A stretch of DNA of 64,000 nt, from NCBI GenBank assembly GCA_951406725.2, contig OX597827.1, positions 62,930,001 through 62,994,000 on the forward strand, read 5' to 3'. Below, piece after piece: positions 13,221 to 26,352 of this stretch. The notes under the pieces were generated by a model, which saw only the letters and a program-made list of their open reading frames with translations, was not told the origin of the DNA and searched no databases. The first letter of the stretch is position 1. The number at the start of each line of letters is the position of its first letter. The DNA comes from Octopus vulgaris (lineage: Eukaryota). Position numbers and translations under genes: made by a program.

Positions 13221-13523
13221 GAACTCCTTGGTTTGGATTTGAAAACACTGAAAGTGGGAGCATACCCTTTCGGCTTCTTATCACTTCTGAAGATCTGCTC
13301 GAAACTAACAGTGCCAGCAAACTCAAAATATGCAAGCGAAGAATTTCTGCTCTCCCCTTTCCACCAGCGTGGGTTAAAATCAGTAAACATTATGCTTTTT
13401 CGGTAAAATCCGAAGCATTAAATAGAGAGAGATGAATTATAATTTCAACAATTGAGGGTAAAATTAATTAATTATTAATCAATTTCACCAAGTATTCAGT
13501 ATGCAAAGGGACCATTTAAGGCG

Positions 13524-13598
13524 TGAGCTGATGATAGAAATGTCGAGTTGACTAATCTAGAAATGTCGAGTTGACTAATCTAGAAACGTACGTTCTCA
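13524..13598 (+). ncRNA. Hammerhead ribozyme (array copy 3) with a 23-nt duplication in stem II, starting at the inversion junction
   Basis: tgagCTGATGA(tagaaatgtcgagttgactaatc)x2 taGAAAcgtacgTTctca. Confidence 0.72.
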
Positions 13599-14108
13599 AA
13601 TAACCTTTGCATTTGATTTTTTAATGTCATTACCCCCATACTTTCGTGAGTTGAATTGAGCAAACACTATATGAGAGAGATTTTCTTTAAGTATTAGAAA
13701 TAGTTTTAAAAAAGTTTTTTTTAGCTACTATTTCTAATGAGTTCAGTATGTGGCAAAGTAATTTATTTTACTAAGCCCTTTTATATAATGTAATAATTTG
13801 AATTCGCCTTAAATGGTCCCTTTGCATACTGAATACTTGGTGAAATTGATTAATAATTAATTAATTTTACCCTCAATTGTTGAAATTATAATTCATCTCT
13901 CTCTATTTAATGCTTCGGATTTTACCGAAAAAGCATAGTGTTTACTGATTTTAACCCACGCTGGTGGAAAGGGGAGAGCAGAAATTCTTCGCTTGCATAT
14001 TTTGAGTTTGCTGGCACTGTTAGTTTCGAGCAGATCTTCAGAAGCGATAAGAAGCCGAAAAGGGTATGCTCCCACTTTCAGTGTTTTCAAATCCAAACCA
14101 AGGAGTTC

Positions 14109-14160
14109 TGAGCTGATGATAGAAATGTCGAGTTGACTAATCTAGAAACGTACGTTCTCA
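14109..14160 (+). ncRNA. Minimal type I hammerhead ribozyme (array copy 4)
   Basis: tgagCTGATGAtaga...tctaGAAAcgtacgTTctca. Confidence 0.8.
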
Positions 14161-14405
14161 AATAACCTTTGCATTTGATTTTTTAATGTCTTTACCCCCA
14201 TACTTTCGTGAGTTGAATTGAGCAAACACTATATGAGAGAGATTTTCTTTAAGTATTAGAAATAGTTTAAAAAAAGTTTTTTTAGCTACTATTTCTAATG
14301 AGTTCAGTATGTGGCAAAGTAATTTATTTTACTAAGCCCTTTTATATAATGTAATAATTTATATATATATATATATATTATATATACGTATGCATGTATA
14401 TACAT

Positions 14406-14458
<53 letters not shown>

Positions 14459-14519
14459 GCATACATAACATACATACATACATGATGAGAAAACCTTCGA
14501 TCAAAATTCTAACAAGATA

Positions 14520-15130
14520 AATGACAAATGGTTACGTGCAGTTTCTAACATCTGTGTTACAGGGGTGGTTAGTGATGAACATCATGTTCTGGCACCTCAC
14601 GATTTTCTACAGAGTTTTAGAATTATTTCAATGGGAAGACTAGTCTATTACTTTGACCCCAGTATTTAACTGGTACTTAATTTATCGACCCTGAATTTGA
14701 ACTCAGAACGTGAAGACAGACGAAATGTCGCTAAGCGTGTCTCCCGGTGTGCTAACGATTCTGCCAACTGCACAGGTTTTAGAATTATTGCTGCTGGATC
14801 CACTGAGTTGTTGGAAACACTTGTTAAAATTTAGATGTATGAAGTATGCAGTGGAATGCGACACGTGTTTCAATAAGACTCATTACAGACAACTTTTTAC
14901 AGCCATGTCCCACTAAACTTGTAGCCTTCAAAGTCACCAGATTTAAATCTATCGACTATTTTGCTTTGAACTTTATTGGGAAGGAGATTAATCAACATAT
15001 TCACAATATCATAGCTTTAGATAGCGCAGAAGATATCCGAAATGAATAAGGGCCATTTAGTATAGATATATCAACGATTTTGGTCCCACGTTGGAACACT
15101 CATCGAATCTGAAGTCAGATTCATTAGAAT
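14520..15130 (+). mobile_element. Decayed Tc1/mariner (probably DD37D/maT-like) transposase, interrupted by a SINE-A fragment at ~14630-14772
   Basis: GVVSDEHHVLAPHDF and KSPDLN..DYF-like segments; the SINE fragment is flanked by duplicated gttttagaattatt. Confidence 0.6.
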
Positions 15131-16659
15131 CATCTTATAAGAAATCTTATATAGAAGTACACAATTTTTTTTATGAAAGTATATTTCGTTTATTATAAAC
15201 TAGAGTTGTTTTATGGAATTTTTAAATATGGCCTCATATACACTTCGCATTCTGTATTTAAACATTTTCTGTACACACACACACACACACACATCTATAT
15301 AAAATATATTTTAATATAAGTAACGACAGTAATGTTGCAAGCACTACTAATAATAACACTGAAGATAAACATAGTAATGACAACAGTGAATATAGAAATG
15401 CTAACAATAACAACAATAATGCCACTAAGAAGGAAATTATACAGATGAATACAAGTAGTAACCTGGTTGCAAATAGTGATATAAAAAATGTAATTGTAGA
15501 AATAAGAAAGTATGTCCTCTGGCAATCGTGTGTTTACGTTACAACACTGCTTAAAAACGTACTGTTAGAACAGGTGCACATATATATATATATGCATATA
15601 TAAGTGCAAAGACTGATAGTTTCAAGAATAGCTGGAGGACCCATGCTGCATCATTTAGGAACATCTGCAACAGACAATGCATATCACTTGCTGGGTGGAT
15701 ATGAAACATCAAACAGATAAAGATACAATACAGCATTGCACGACTTCGTTAGTGATATGAAATGCATACCCCCATAATTCATACTCAAAAGCCTCTAAAC
15801 TGTGCTTGCAAGAAACATTAAGCATAATATTAGGCAGTGATAACATTATCAAAATGAACTCTCAAAATTTCTAACATGTAACCAGAAGCCTCAAAATCTC
15901 GTTTTTGGAATTTGGAAAAAATATATTTAGCATTATACAAATACTTTATTTACTAAAAAATGTACTCATTGAAGTATTTCTTTTAATATTAAGAGTAGAA
16001 AGATTACGGGGACGCGCTAGCTGAATCGTTAACACGTCGGAGAAAAATGCTTAGTAGCATTTAGTCTGTCTTTAGGTTTTGCGTTCATATTCTACCGAGG
16101 TCGAATTTTCCTTTCATCCTTTTCGGGTCGATCAAATAGCTATCAGTTGTACAAAATCTGAGGCCTTGTACCTATAGCAGAAAGAGTTATTAGTAGTTAA
16201 ATTATACTGTTGTTTACCTAAATTAAGTAATTTCATAATAATTTGTACGTGTGTATAGGAATTTAGTTAAATGTGAAGCGACTATAGAACAGATCTGTTT
16301 ACCCTGACGTACTGATATACGAGGTGGCATCAAAAAGTTCCAGGACTAGTTATGTTTAACAAAAAATAACCTTCTTAGCTAAGTTTTAAAATCAGCTCTT
16401 ACAAGATATTCACATTACGAATCAAAACACTGGTCCCAGCGTTCTTCCCACTTTTGGAATTCAGTCTTGAAGTCGTTTTCCGTAAGCGAGTCTACAACTT
16501 TTTGAGATTCGCTCTGGATCTCGACAACTGTGGTAAACTAGTGACCTTTGAACTGCATTTTCATCTCGGGGAGGAGACGTAAGTCCGCAGGTGCTTAATC
16601 TGGTGGATGGGGCGGCTACGGGAGCGATACCAGGTTGTTTTTGCAAGAAATTCACTCCT

Positions 16660-17075
16660 ATAGGCGTAGGATTGGGTGTGTGCTAAGTAGCTAGCTTACG
16701 AACCACATGGTTCCGGGTTCAGTCCCACTGCGTGGCACCTTGGGCAAGTGTCTTCTACTGGGCTGATCAAAGCCTTGTGAGTGGATTTGGTAGACGGGAA
16801 CTGAAAGAAGCCCGTCGTATATATGTATATATATATATATATGCTTGTGTGTGTATATGTTTATGTGTCCGTGTTACTCCCCCAACATCGCTTGACAACC
16901 GATGCTGGTGTGTTTACGTCCCTGTAACTTAGCGGTTCACCAAAAGAGACCGATAGAATAAGTACTAGGCTTACAAAGAATAAGTTCTGGGGTCGATTTG
17001 CTCGACTAAACGTGGTGCTCTAGCATGGCCACAGTCAAATGACTGAAACAAGTAAAAGAGTAAAGAGTAAAAAGA
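16660..17075 (+). mobile_element. SINE family C (internal (TA)/(TG) microsatellite)
   Basis: ccacatggttccgggttcagtcccactgcgtggcaccttgggcaag...gcatggccacagtcaaatgactgaaacaagtaaaagag; matches reverse complement of 61705-62125. Confidence 0.92.
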
Positions 17076-17337
17076 GAGAGGAGAGTTTGGTGACAAGGTA
17101 CATTGTCGTTGTGAGAGATCAAATTATTCGCGCTGTAGAAATCCCGAGGTTATCGCCGAATGTCTTCCTCCAACCGCTTCCAAACGTCACAGTAGTACTC
17201 TAGACTGACAGTCTGGCCTTGGCGGATGAAGTCTTGGTACACAATACCGCAGATGTCGAACAAAAGCGATGAGGATATACAAGACTGAGGTGCGGCTCCG
17301 TCATGCGTCCGTGCCACTCGAAACCTTGCGTACATAC

Positions 17338-17570
17338 CTATTTCTTTACTACCCTCAAGGGGCTAAACACAGAGAGGACAAACAAGGACAGACAAACGGA
17401 TTAAGTCGATTATATCGACCCCAGTGCGTAACTGCTACTTATTTAATCGACCCCGAAAGGATGAAAGGCAAAGTCGACCTCGGCGGAATTTGAACTCAGA
17501 ACGTAGCGGCAGACTAAATACCGCTAAGCATTTCGCCCGGTGTGCTAACGATTCTGCCAGTTTGCCGCCT
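17338..17570 (-). mobile_element. SINE family A
   Basis: Near-consensus full copy. Confidence 0.93.
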
Positions 17571-17922
17571 TCTTACCATTGCGTACATACTATTGCCTCT
17601 TCGCAGTAAGCTTGCCAAAGCATGTTCAATGTTTCTGTAGCAGACTTCACAAGTTTAACGCAAAATTTCCTGTTGGCTTTTTGTTCCAACTTCCTGTCCA
17701 TGACAAAAATTGCAGGCTACAGCATAAATGTAATGACAAAAGTAAAAATTTCACTTCTGAAGTGAACACTGCGACGCCAGTCGACACACTGCCTTATGAA
17801 AATCCCTGCTAGCAACCGTGGGCTGTCATCTGTTGGGGCAATACAGAATTAGTCCAGGGACATTTTTGATATCGCATCGTTTATGTATAAATATATGTGT
17901 GTGTGCGTTTGTGTGTGTGTGC

Positions 17923-17969
<47 letters not shown>

Positions 17970-17984
17970 CATGCATTCATATAT

Positions 17985-18420
17985 AATTTAAAATAATAAG
18001 GGTAAAACATTGAATATCAATTTGATTAATATCAATTTAAAACCAGTGGTCTAGCATATTGAAAAATCCGAAGATTCAGAAAAATTATATTACATACATA
18101 TAAAAGGGATGGCCAACTATATGGACATCCATTAAGCTAGAAGTAGACCCCCTATTGTCTTACCACTAAGAAAGGAATGTTCCCCAGAAAATTTAACAAA
18201 TACCAGAACGTAAGCGACCAAGACAAATGAAAAGACACAAAATATAAAGTTTAATCACAAACACAATTTCGTTGTTGCCACTTACGTAATTGTTCGCAAC
18301 TCATCAGTGTGATCGTCATAGCAAAATCTAATTCGCATGGTAGAACTGTATACATGTTCAATCTCATGCGGACGACTCGTGTATAGTTCTGCGAATTATA
18401 TTTTGTTATGACGATCATAA
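17985..18420 (-). mobile_element. TA-flanked Penelope-like non-coding element with decayed HHR (18254-18313) and terminal fold-back (18311-18416)
   Basis: Minus strand atcaca-CTGATGA-gttg..caac-GAAA-ttgtgtt-tgtgat; inverted repeat gatcgtcatagcaaaat.../...attttgttatgacgatc. Confidence 0.55.
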
Positions 18421-18436
18421 TAATATATTACGTAAG

Positions 18437-18492
<56 letters not shown>

Positions 18493-18630
18493 TTCTTATA
18501 TATATATATATATATTATTGTTTAAGAGAATAACAAATTTGTACTCTACAGAATCATAGAGTAACCCATCAAATGTTTTTATCATAACACTATAAAAAAC
18601 AAACATTAGTACACACACACACACATACAC

Positions 18631-18674
<44 letters not shown>

Positions 18675-19163
18675 ACACACACACACACACACGCACACGC
18701 ACATATATATATATATATCAATATGGAGCAAATAGCTCACAAGAAATATTAAATAAATAATTCACGGAAAAATAATTTGCGAAGATATTGAATCTATTAT
18801 TATCTAGTGTAACAATTTATAAATGATAATAACAGAATCAATAATACAGGTGATTGCACCCCCCCCACCACAAAAAACATTAAAGAGGTGAAAGATTAAA
18901 ATTAATCAAAGATCATACTAAGTATGTCTACCTGCTGGAAATAACAGTAAAAACTCTTATTTAAATCGCCAAAATACACTGATAATAACTACAGAAACCA
19001 ACCGTCCAAAGACAAACGGGCTAAGAGAATCTCTCAGCATACATTCAAGGATTTGGACTCAGTTGGACCGGTTTCTGGACTGACATTACAGCCTCACCTT
19101 CCTCAGCACGTGTTACCATGACAGAGAGCCCCAACCCATCACGTTGAAGTCGGCGCTGCAACT

Positions 19164-19302
19164 GATTCGCTTTGCGCCGAAATCATGGCAGCCACCAGTG
19201 TGAAAATAATTTCAATAGGGAGCAAATAATTCACTAGAAGAAAAAACGAAGAAAAATTATTTTCACACTCGTGGCTGCCATGATTTTGGCGCAAAACGAA
19301 TC
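19164..19302. repeat. Inverted repeat, ~48-bp arms
   Basis: gattcgctttgcgccgaaatcatggcagccaccagtgtgaaaataattt vs aaattattttcacactcgtggctgccatgattttggcgcaaaacgaatc. Confidence 0.9.
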
Positions 19303-19593
19303 AGGCTGGGCAAAATGCTGACCCGAATGTCGCCTGTCTTTAGGTTCTGGGTTCAAGTTCTGCCGAGGTCGATTTTGTCTCTCATCCTTTATTCGATAAA
19401 ATAATTGTCAGATGAGCATAATATAATTGTCTGGTCGATGTAGTCAACTTAGCCCCACCCACCCTAAAATTGCTGGGCATGTGCAAAAATTTGAAAATTT
19501 TAAATCGTTATCTATTCCATTGCGTATGTTTCGAGATGTTCCGATATCCTCATAATGAATATGTATATATACACACACACTCACACGCATACA

Positions 19594-19641
<48 letters not shown>

Positions 19642-20234
19642 GTACAAATACATGCATTCATACATACATACATACGTACATGCATATGTACGTATATGTG
19701 TAACATCACATATACATTATAGATGATATCCTATAAGCAGATGATATCATATCCTACATGTTATTCTGAATAATACTAATTCTGAATCATTATAGCAGTG
19801 AGAGCTTACGGCTATTTAATTATCTTTCGAAAGAATTTAGGTGTGTGTAGAAAGAACACTACAAGTACCACTGTTACGATCACTGCTGACAACAAAACAA
19901 GTAAGTAAGAGAACGTCTATCTGGCACCACGGCTTGCTACAAATAGCAACTAAGTCTTCCTGAAGTTTTACATCTTCAAAAATTATTTAAAAATTAACAC
20001 GTTGGGTAATATCTTCCTGGTTTTTGTTGCGTACAAAAGGTAAAAAGAAGGGATGGTTACAGCTGGAATAATTTTGATCATATATCTGCTCCTGCTCAGT
20101 GTTGACCTAGGGTTAAACAACAGCAACAACAACATCATATAGCATATGTGATGTCTCTGTAATTATTCATACAATTATCATGCTATCTCCATCCCACCAC
20201 TATCGAAGACTATAACAATATTCATTCTTTCTTA

Positions 20235-20668
20235 CATAGGCACAAGCTCTGAAATTTGTGGGGAGGGGCTAGTTATTTACATCGACCTCGATAGTCAACT
20301 GATACTTTTATTTTATCACTCAGAAATGACAAAAGTCAAAGTCAGCCTCGGCTGTATTTGAACTCAGAATGTAAAGCCCGAAGAAACGCTTGAAAGCATT
20401 TAATCCGGCATGCTAGCGATTCCGGCAACTCGATACCTTTAATTAATAAAAGTAGCAGTTTCAAAATTTGGTTGAAAGCCAGCAACTTCGGTGGAAGTGG
20501 TGAGTCAATTACCTCGAGCCCAGAACTCAAATGGCACTTATTTAATCGACCCCGAAGGGTAAAAGGCAAAGTCGACCTCGGCGGAATTTGAACTCAGACC
20601 GTAAAGATGGACGAAATGTCGCTAAGCATTTCACCCGGCGTACTAACGATTCTGCAAGGTTGGCGCCT
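20235..20668 (-). mobile_element. Two SINE family A copies
   Basis: aaagtcgacctcggcggaatttgaactcag motif twice. Confidence 0.8.
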
Positions 20669-21184
20669 TAAACATGACAATAATTAATAACAACAAGGGC
20701 ATTTCCTCTATTAGGTTACTAGACATGCTAAGTTTAGCAACCAAATCTCCAACGAAACGCATCGTACAGAGTCAAGAGTAGTAGAATGCTTTCAACAAGG
20801 TAGACTTAAATATATTGAATCAATGAAACGTCTTCATTGTCAGCTCTAATCCTGCAGGGACGACCAGGGTTTAAAAAGTAACAACAACAGCGCTAACAAT
20901 TTTGGTCAGGAAGTGGAGGAAACAAAAGCCACGACCTTAATGAATTCTCATACCTTGGTGATAATGATGTGGCTGGTGTTAATTTTGAACATTAAGCGTG
21001 TGGTGTCTCCTGATAAAACATTGATGGAAATGTAGTAATGGCTCGCTATAAGCTGTTCTGAGGAGGAAGGAGTAGTAGTTGCTTAATTCAGGGTTTCAGA
21101 GGTAATAACACAACTTGGCGAAATGGTGAACTGTTAGAAAAGGCGGCAATTTGATAGAAAAGGTAGCTAATATAATTGTTAGAA

Positions 21185-21720
21185 GATAGCTAGTTGGCAG
21201 AATTGTTAATCCTTCGGACAATAGATATACTGCATTTCTTGAAGCTCATTATTTCCTAAGTTTAAATGTCATCGAGGTCAAATTTGTCTTTTTTTTCTTT
21301 CGGATTCAATTAAATAGAATAAGATGGCAGATACGTTGAATCGTTAAAGCGTTGGGGAAAATATATTGCAGCATTCTATATAGTTCTCTATTTTCTGAGT
21401 TCAAATACCATCGACGTTAAATTTGCCATTCATTCTTCTGGTACCGATAATATAAAGTAACTAAGACGGTGGACCGGCGCAATCGTTAGATCATTAAGCA
21501 ACATACTTTGCAGCATTTGTTATAATTCTTTACGTCCTGAGTTCAAATATCGCCGAGGTCAACTTTGCCTTTTAGTCTTCCCACATCGATTGAATATGGC
21601 ATCAATAAAGCGGCACAGATTCGCTGAAGTGTTTGACAAATTTGCGTTACTTATTCCAGCTCTTAATGTTCGAAATCCAGCGAGATCAACTTCGCCTGTA
21701 ATCATTCTGGGGGTTGATAA
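21185..21720 (+). repeat. Tandem run of about four old SINE-A-like 5' halves (~140-bp period)
   Basis: Recurring gaatcgtta...gagttcaaat..cgaggtcaa.tttgcc. Confidence 0.6.
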
Positions 21721-22454
21721 GTTCCCGGACGACGATTAAAGAATTTAACAAAACCATTCTGTTTGCTTCATTTCTGCATCGTCTGATTGGCCAGGTATGT
21801 ATGGCAAATTTTCTGTATCATGCTAATACGATGGGATCTTTACGATGCACCTATGAAAATTTCACAATTAAGAAAGCTTCTATTGGTCATTCAATTACTT
21901 GAGTCAATAGTGCAGTAAATATGACAAAAGGGGATTTGACTGTATCGGGTGAGCCAGAGTAAAAGGAAATGTATGCAGCTAGCCATTTCGAAAGTGTTGG
22001 TTAGAGTCATTTTACGTAGGTGTATTACACGATGGTTCGCGAGTCGTCAGTGCCTGCCTTTAAATGTATTGGTTGTTAGCATGTTGTTGAACATATGTTT
22101 ATTAGTCATCTACAATAACTACAAATAAGGCAACAATAAGATCAGCTTCAGTAGCAACACCAATAGCAACAGCAGCAAGAACTACGACTACGACAATGAC
22201 TACGATCATGATAAACAAAACAGCCAAAACAACGATCAGAATCACGACAACCACGACCACCACAACGACAATTACAATTACGACAACGACCACATCAACA
22301 ACACAGCAACGGTGACGAAAACTATAACAGTATAATAACAATAACAATATTATTGCAAAAGATGGAATATCTATGTGCTCGCACGACCTGCATAAAACAG
22401 CAGCCAAACATCACTCAAACCATACTCTACCTTTTTAAAAACGGAAGGATACTC

Positions 22455-22890
22455 TTTCTTTCTACTTCTGCCACAAAAGCAGAGGAACCCTGGTGTAATC
22501 CACTATGGTGTGGTAAACTTTCAGACCTTAGTCTAGATTGCGAATCCTCTGTACTCCAGGATGGTTCAGCTCTCCACACGTTAAAAGCCACCGTTTACAG
22601 AATGAGGATAACAACGTAGCTTTTGCGCCCGTGCAACCGCCAGTCTATCACGTGTGGTGGGTGGATTTTCAAGTTACCACACGTATTCTTAGAGTAGGCT
22701 CGAATTAGAGATTATTCTTTGTGGCTAATGGCATGAGTCCTGATTGGAAGAAGAAGAAGAAGAAGAAGAAGAAGAAGAAGAAGAAGAAGGAGGAGGAGGA
22801 GGAGGAGGAGGAGGAGGGGGAGGAGAAGAAGAAGAAGAAGAAGAAGAAGGAGAAGAAGAAGAATAAGAAGGAGAAGAAGAAGAAGAAGAC
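22455..22890 (+). mobile_element. Headless copy of the 3585-3880 SINE tail module with long (GAA)n/(GAG)n tail
   Basis: High similarity to 3585-3880. Confidence 0.85.
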
Positions 22891-23221
22891 GACAACAACA
22901 ACAACAACAGGAACAACGAGAGCAGCCAGAACAAAAAGAGATATAACATTAAAAAGAATAATAACGAACTTAAGTACCACCATCACCACCATCACCACCA
23001 ACCACCACACCATCACCATTACAAAGACAACAAGCACAACTACCAAAGCAAAACCTCAACTAAAACCAGCACCACCACCACCACCACCACAACCTCGGTT
23101 ACCACTGCTATTACTGCCATTAACGATGAAGACAATCACAACAGCAACCACAAACGTAACCATGATAAACGACCAAGCAAATCGCGAGACTGTCTCCATA
23201 AATAACAATAACGACATCAAC

Positions 23222-23845
<624 letters not shown>

Positions 23846-24403
23846 GAACGAAAATCGATTACAATCATCGATGAAAAGCAGATGATTGAGGTGAAACCCC
23901 TGGGATTTGTACAAGATGGATAATGATTCGATTGAAAGCGGCACATTTCGACTTGGTTCGGTTTTTCCCGATTGAGTTCGGTTTATATGCAATATTGTCA
24001 TGTGGCATCATGTGTCTGTATTCTCTAGGTCATGTGATTGTTTTTTTCTGGTGTTGTTATATATTTCCAGCTCTAAGATGGTCAGAGAAGCTGAATAGAT
24101 CAGTTGTTGCATATTTTTCTATAATTTGCTACACAATTTTTTTTTGTATCTCTATGTTCTGAGTTCCCGCTCGTGAAGTTCGGTTGGTTGTCTTTTATTT
24201 AATTTTTTTTTCTTACTACATGTGCAGGCATAATTGGATTGTTAAATCGAACCCAGTACTAACTGTTTAGTTCTAGTATTTATTCTAGAGTTATGTCGAA
24301 TCATCGCTGATTTAAGGGACGTAAACAAAGCAACACCGGTTGTGAAGAGGAGGGTGAGGGCATATGCACAAACAATGATTTATACATATATCTATCTATT
24401 TAA

Positions 24404-24453
<50 letters not shown>

Positions 24454-24504
24454 CTAACTATCTCTCTGTCTGTCGCTCTATCTGTCTGTCTGTCTGTCTC
24501 TCTA

Positions 24505-24614
<110 letters not shown>

Positions 24615-24628
24615 GTCTGTCTCTCTGC

Positions 24629-24693
<65 letters not shown>

Positions 24694-25580
24694 CAGAGCC
24701 CATGGATAACTTCCAGAGATCCCTGGCTTGGCAGTGCTACTGAGAAGCGATACCCGTTCGGGATAAGCTCTACAGACACGGCTCGAGAAACACGGGGCCG
24801 ACTTGCCCGAGATGCGGTCAGAGCGACGAAACCGTTCTGCACGCACTCGTGCAGTGTCCAACAATTTCCAACCTGTGGGCTTATGTCGAACAACTGCTGT
24901 CACGTGTGAGACGAGTCGGTGTATCAGCTGAGTCTATCGTCAATATTGTTACGCCTCCTTCCTTCAAACGGGAAGGAAGAGCTATTTTCCTCATACTTGT
25001 GGCTATGGCGAAAGATTGTATCTGGTGGACGCGTCTGAAAGGATTGGAGACAAACACTTTCCTCTCTAGTCAATCTCTCATCAACTTCTTCAAGTATCAC
25101 TTCAAAAGGAAAGTGAGAGTAGAGAGGCAAGTTTTATCTAGCGAATGTTTCAAGAAAAGATGGGTGAATGTAGCAAGGATGGCACGTATGAATGACAAAG
25201 CCACCTTCAGCATAATCCTATGAACCCGGAAAAATTTAAAACAGAGGGTTACCTACTTTCAAACAAATGTTAACATGTGACATTATTGACCGAGGTTACC
25301 GTGGTCTTTTCGGTAGGCCTTTCTTTCCACGGATAAATCCTATTTGCTTCCCCCTTTACACTTTGCATCATGACATTTCTGTGATACACGATCCCAATTG
25401 ATCGTGTTTTTCTTTTTTCTTTCCTTTTTGTCTTTTTTCCTTTTATTTTCTTTCCCTTTTACGATCCCTTTTGATCGAAAAGCTGCCCCCATTTTTTCTT
25501 TCCTTTTCTCCCCATAAAGAAAAGTTCTACTTTGTAATCTGTCCCGTCTGTGGGCAGCCCTGTGTCGCTAATAAAGAAAC
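24694..25580 (+). mobile_element. 5'-truncated L1/Tx1-clade LINE 3' end within a (CTAT)n tract
   Basis: [46 protein letters not shown] (zf-RVT-like CCHC), then AKDCIWWTR; pyrimidine-rich 3' UTR with aataaa; CTAT repeats on both sides. Confidence 0.82.
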
Positions 25581-25608
25581 ATATCTATCTATCCTTCTAG
25601 CTAGCTAG

Positions 25609-25662
<54 letters not shown>

Positions 25663-25969
25663 TTGTATGTGTGCATATTTATATTCTTTTATACGTTTAA
25701 GTCCTTAGGCAACGGTGATACTAGAGCCCCCCCCCATACACACACAAACACATACGCACACAAACACATACGCACAAAGAAACACACACACGCACACATA
25801 CACATACACACACACACACAGACACACACACACACACATGATGCTAGCTTGTTCATCTGACTTAGTACTTCAACAAAATAAATCGTTAGAATAAGCACTG
25901 GGCTCGGTCGATTCAACTATCGATCGAACAAATCCACCTCAGTACTTAAAGGCGATGCTTCACCATGGA

Positions 25970-26352
25970 TGGAAGCACTCCGTCGTTTACGACGACGAGG
26001 GTTCCGGTTGATCCGAATCAACGGAACAGCCTGCTCGTGAAATTAACGTGTAAGTGGCTGAGCACTCCACAGACACGTCTACCCTTAACGTAGTTCTCGG
26101 GGATATTCAGCGTGACACAGAGAGTGACAAGGCCGGTCCTTTGAAATACAGGTACAACAGAAACAGGAAGTAAGAGTGAGAGAAAGTTGTGGTGAAAGAG
26201 TACAACAGGGATCACCACCATCCCCTGCCGGAGCCTCGTGGAGCTTTAGGTGTTTTCGCTCAATAAACACTCACAACGCCCGGTCTGGGAATCGAAACCG
26301 CGATCCTATGACCGCGAGTCCGCTGCCCTAATCACTGGGCCATTGCGCCTCC
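25970..26352 (-). mobile_element. SINE family B, full length, with 11-bp TSD, inserted in a SINE-C tail
   Basis: Reverse complement of 40955-41334; gcttcaccatg at 25957-25967 and 26353-26363. Confidence 0.95.

Larger units (their letters stand above)
12321..14360. mobile_element. Tandem and inverted array of a ~560-bp hammerhead-containing unit between (TA)n tracts
   Basis: Units 12321-12879 and 12880-13440, partial 13441-13523; inverted copies 13524-13887 and 13888-14360; near-identical. Confidence 0.93.
16320..17880 (-). mobile_element. Internally deleted mariner element with both TIRs, interrupted by two SINEs
   Basis: TIRs cgaggtggcatcaaaaagttccaggact / agtccagggacatttttgatatcgcatcg; FDICGIVYQDFIRQGQTVSLEYYCDVWKRL; PHPPD*APADLRLLPEMKMQFKG (cf. 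YSPDLAPxD). Confidence 0.85.
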
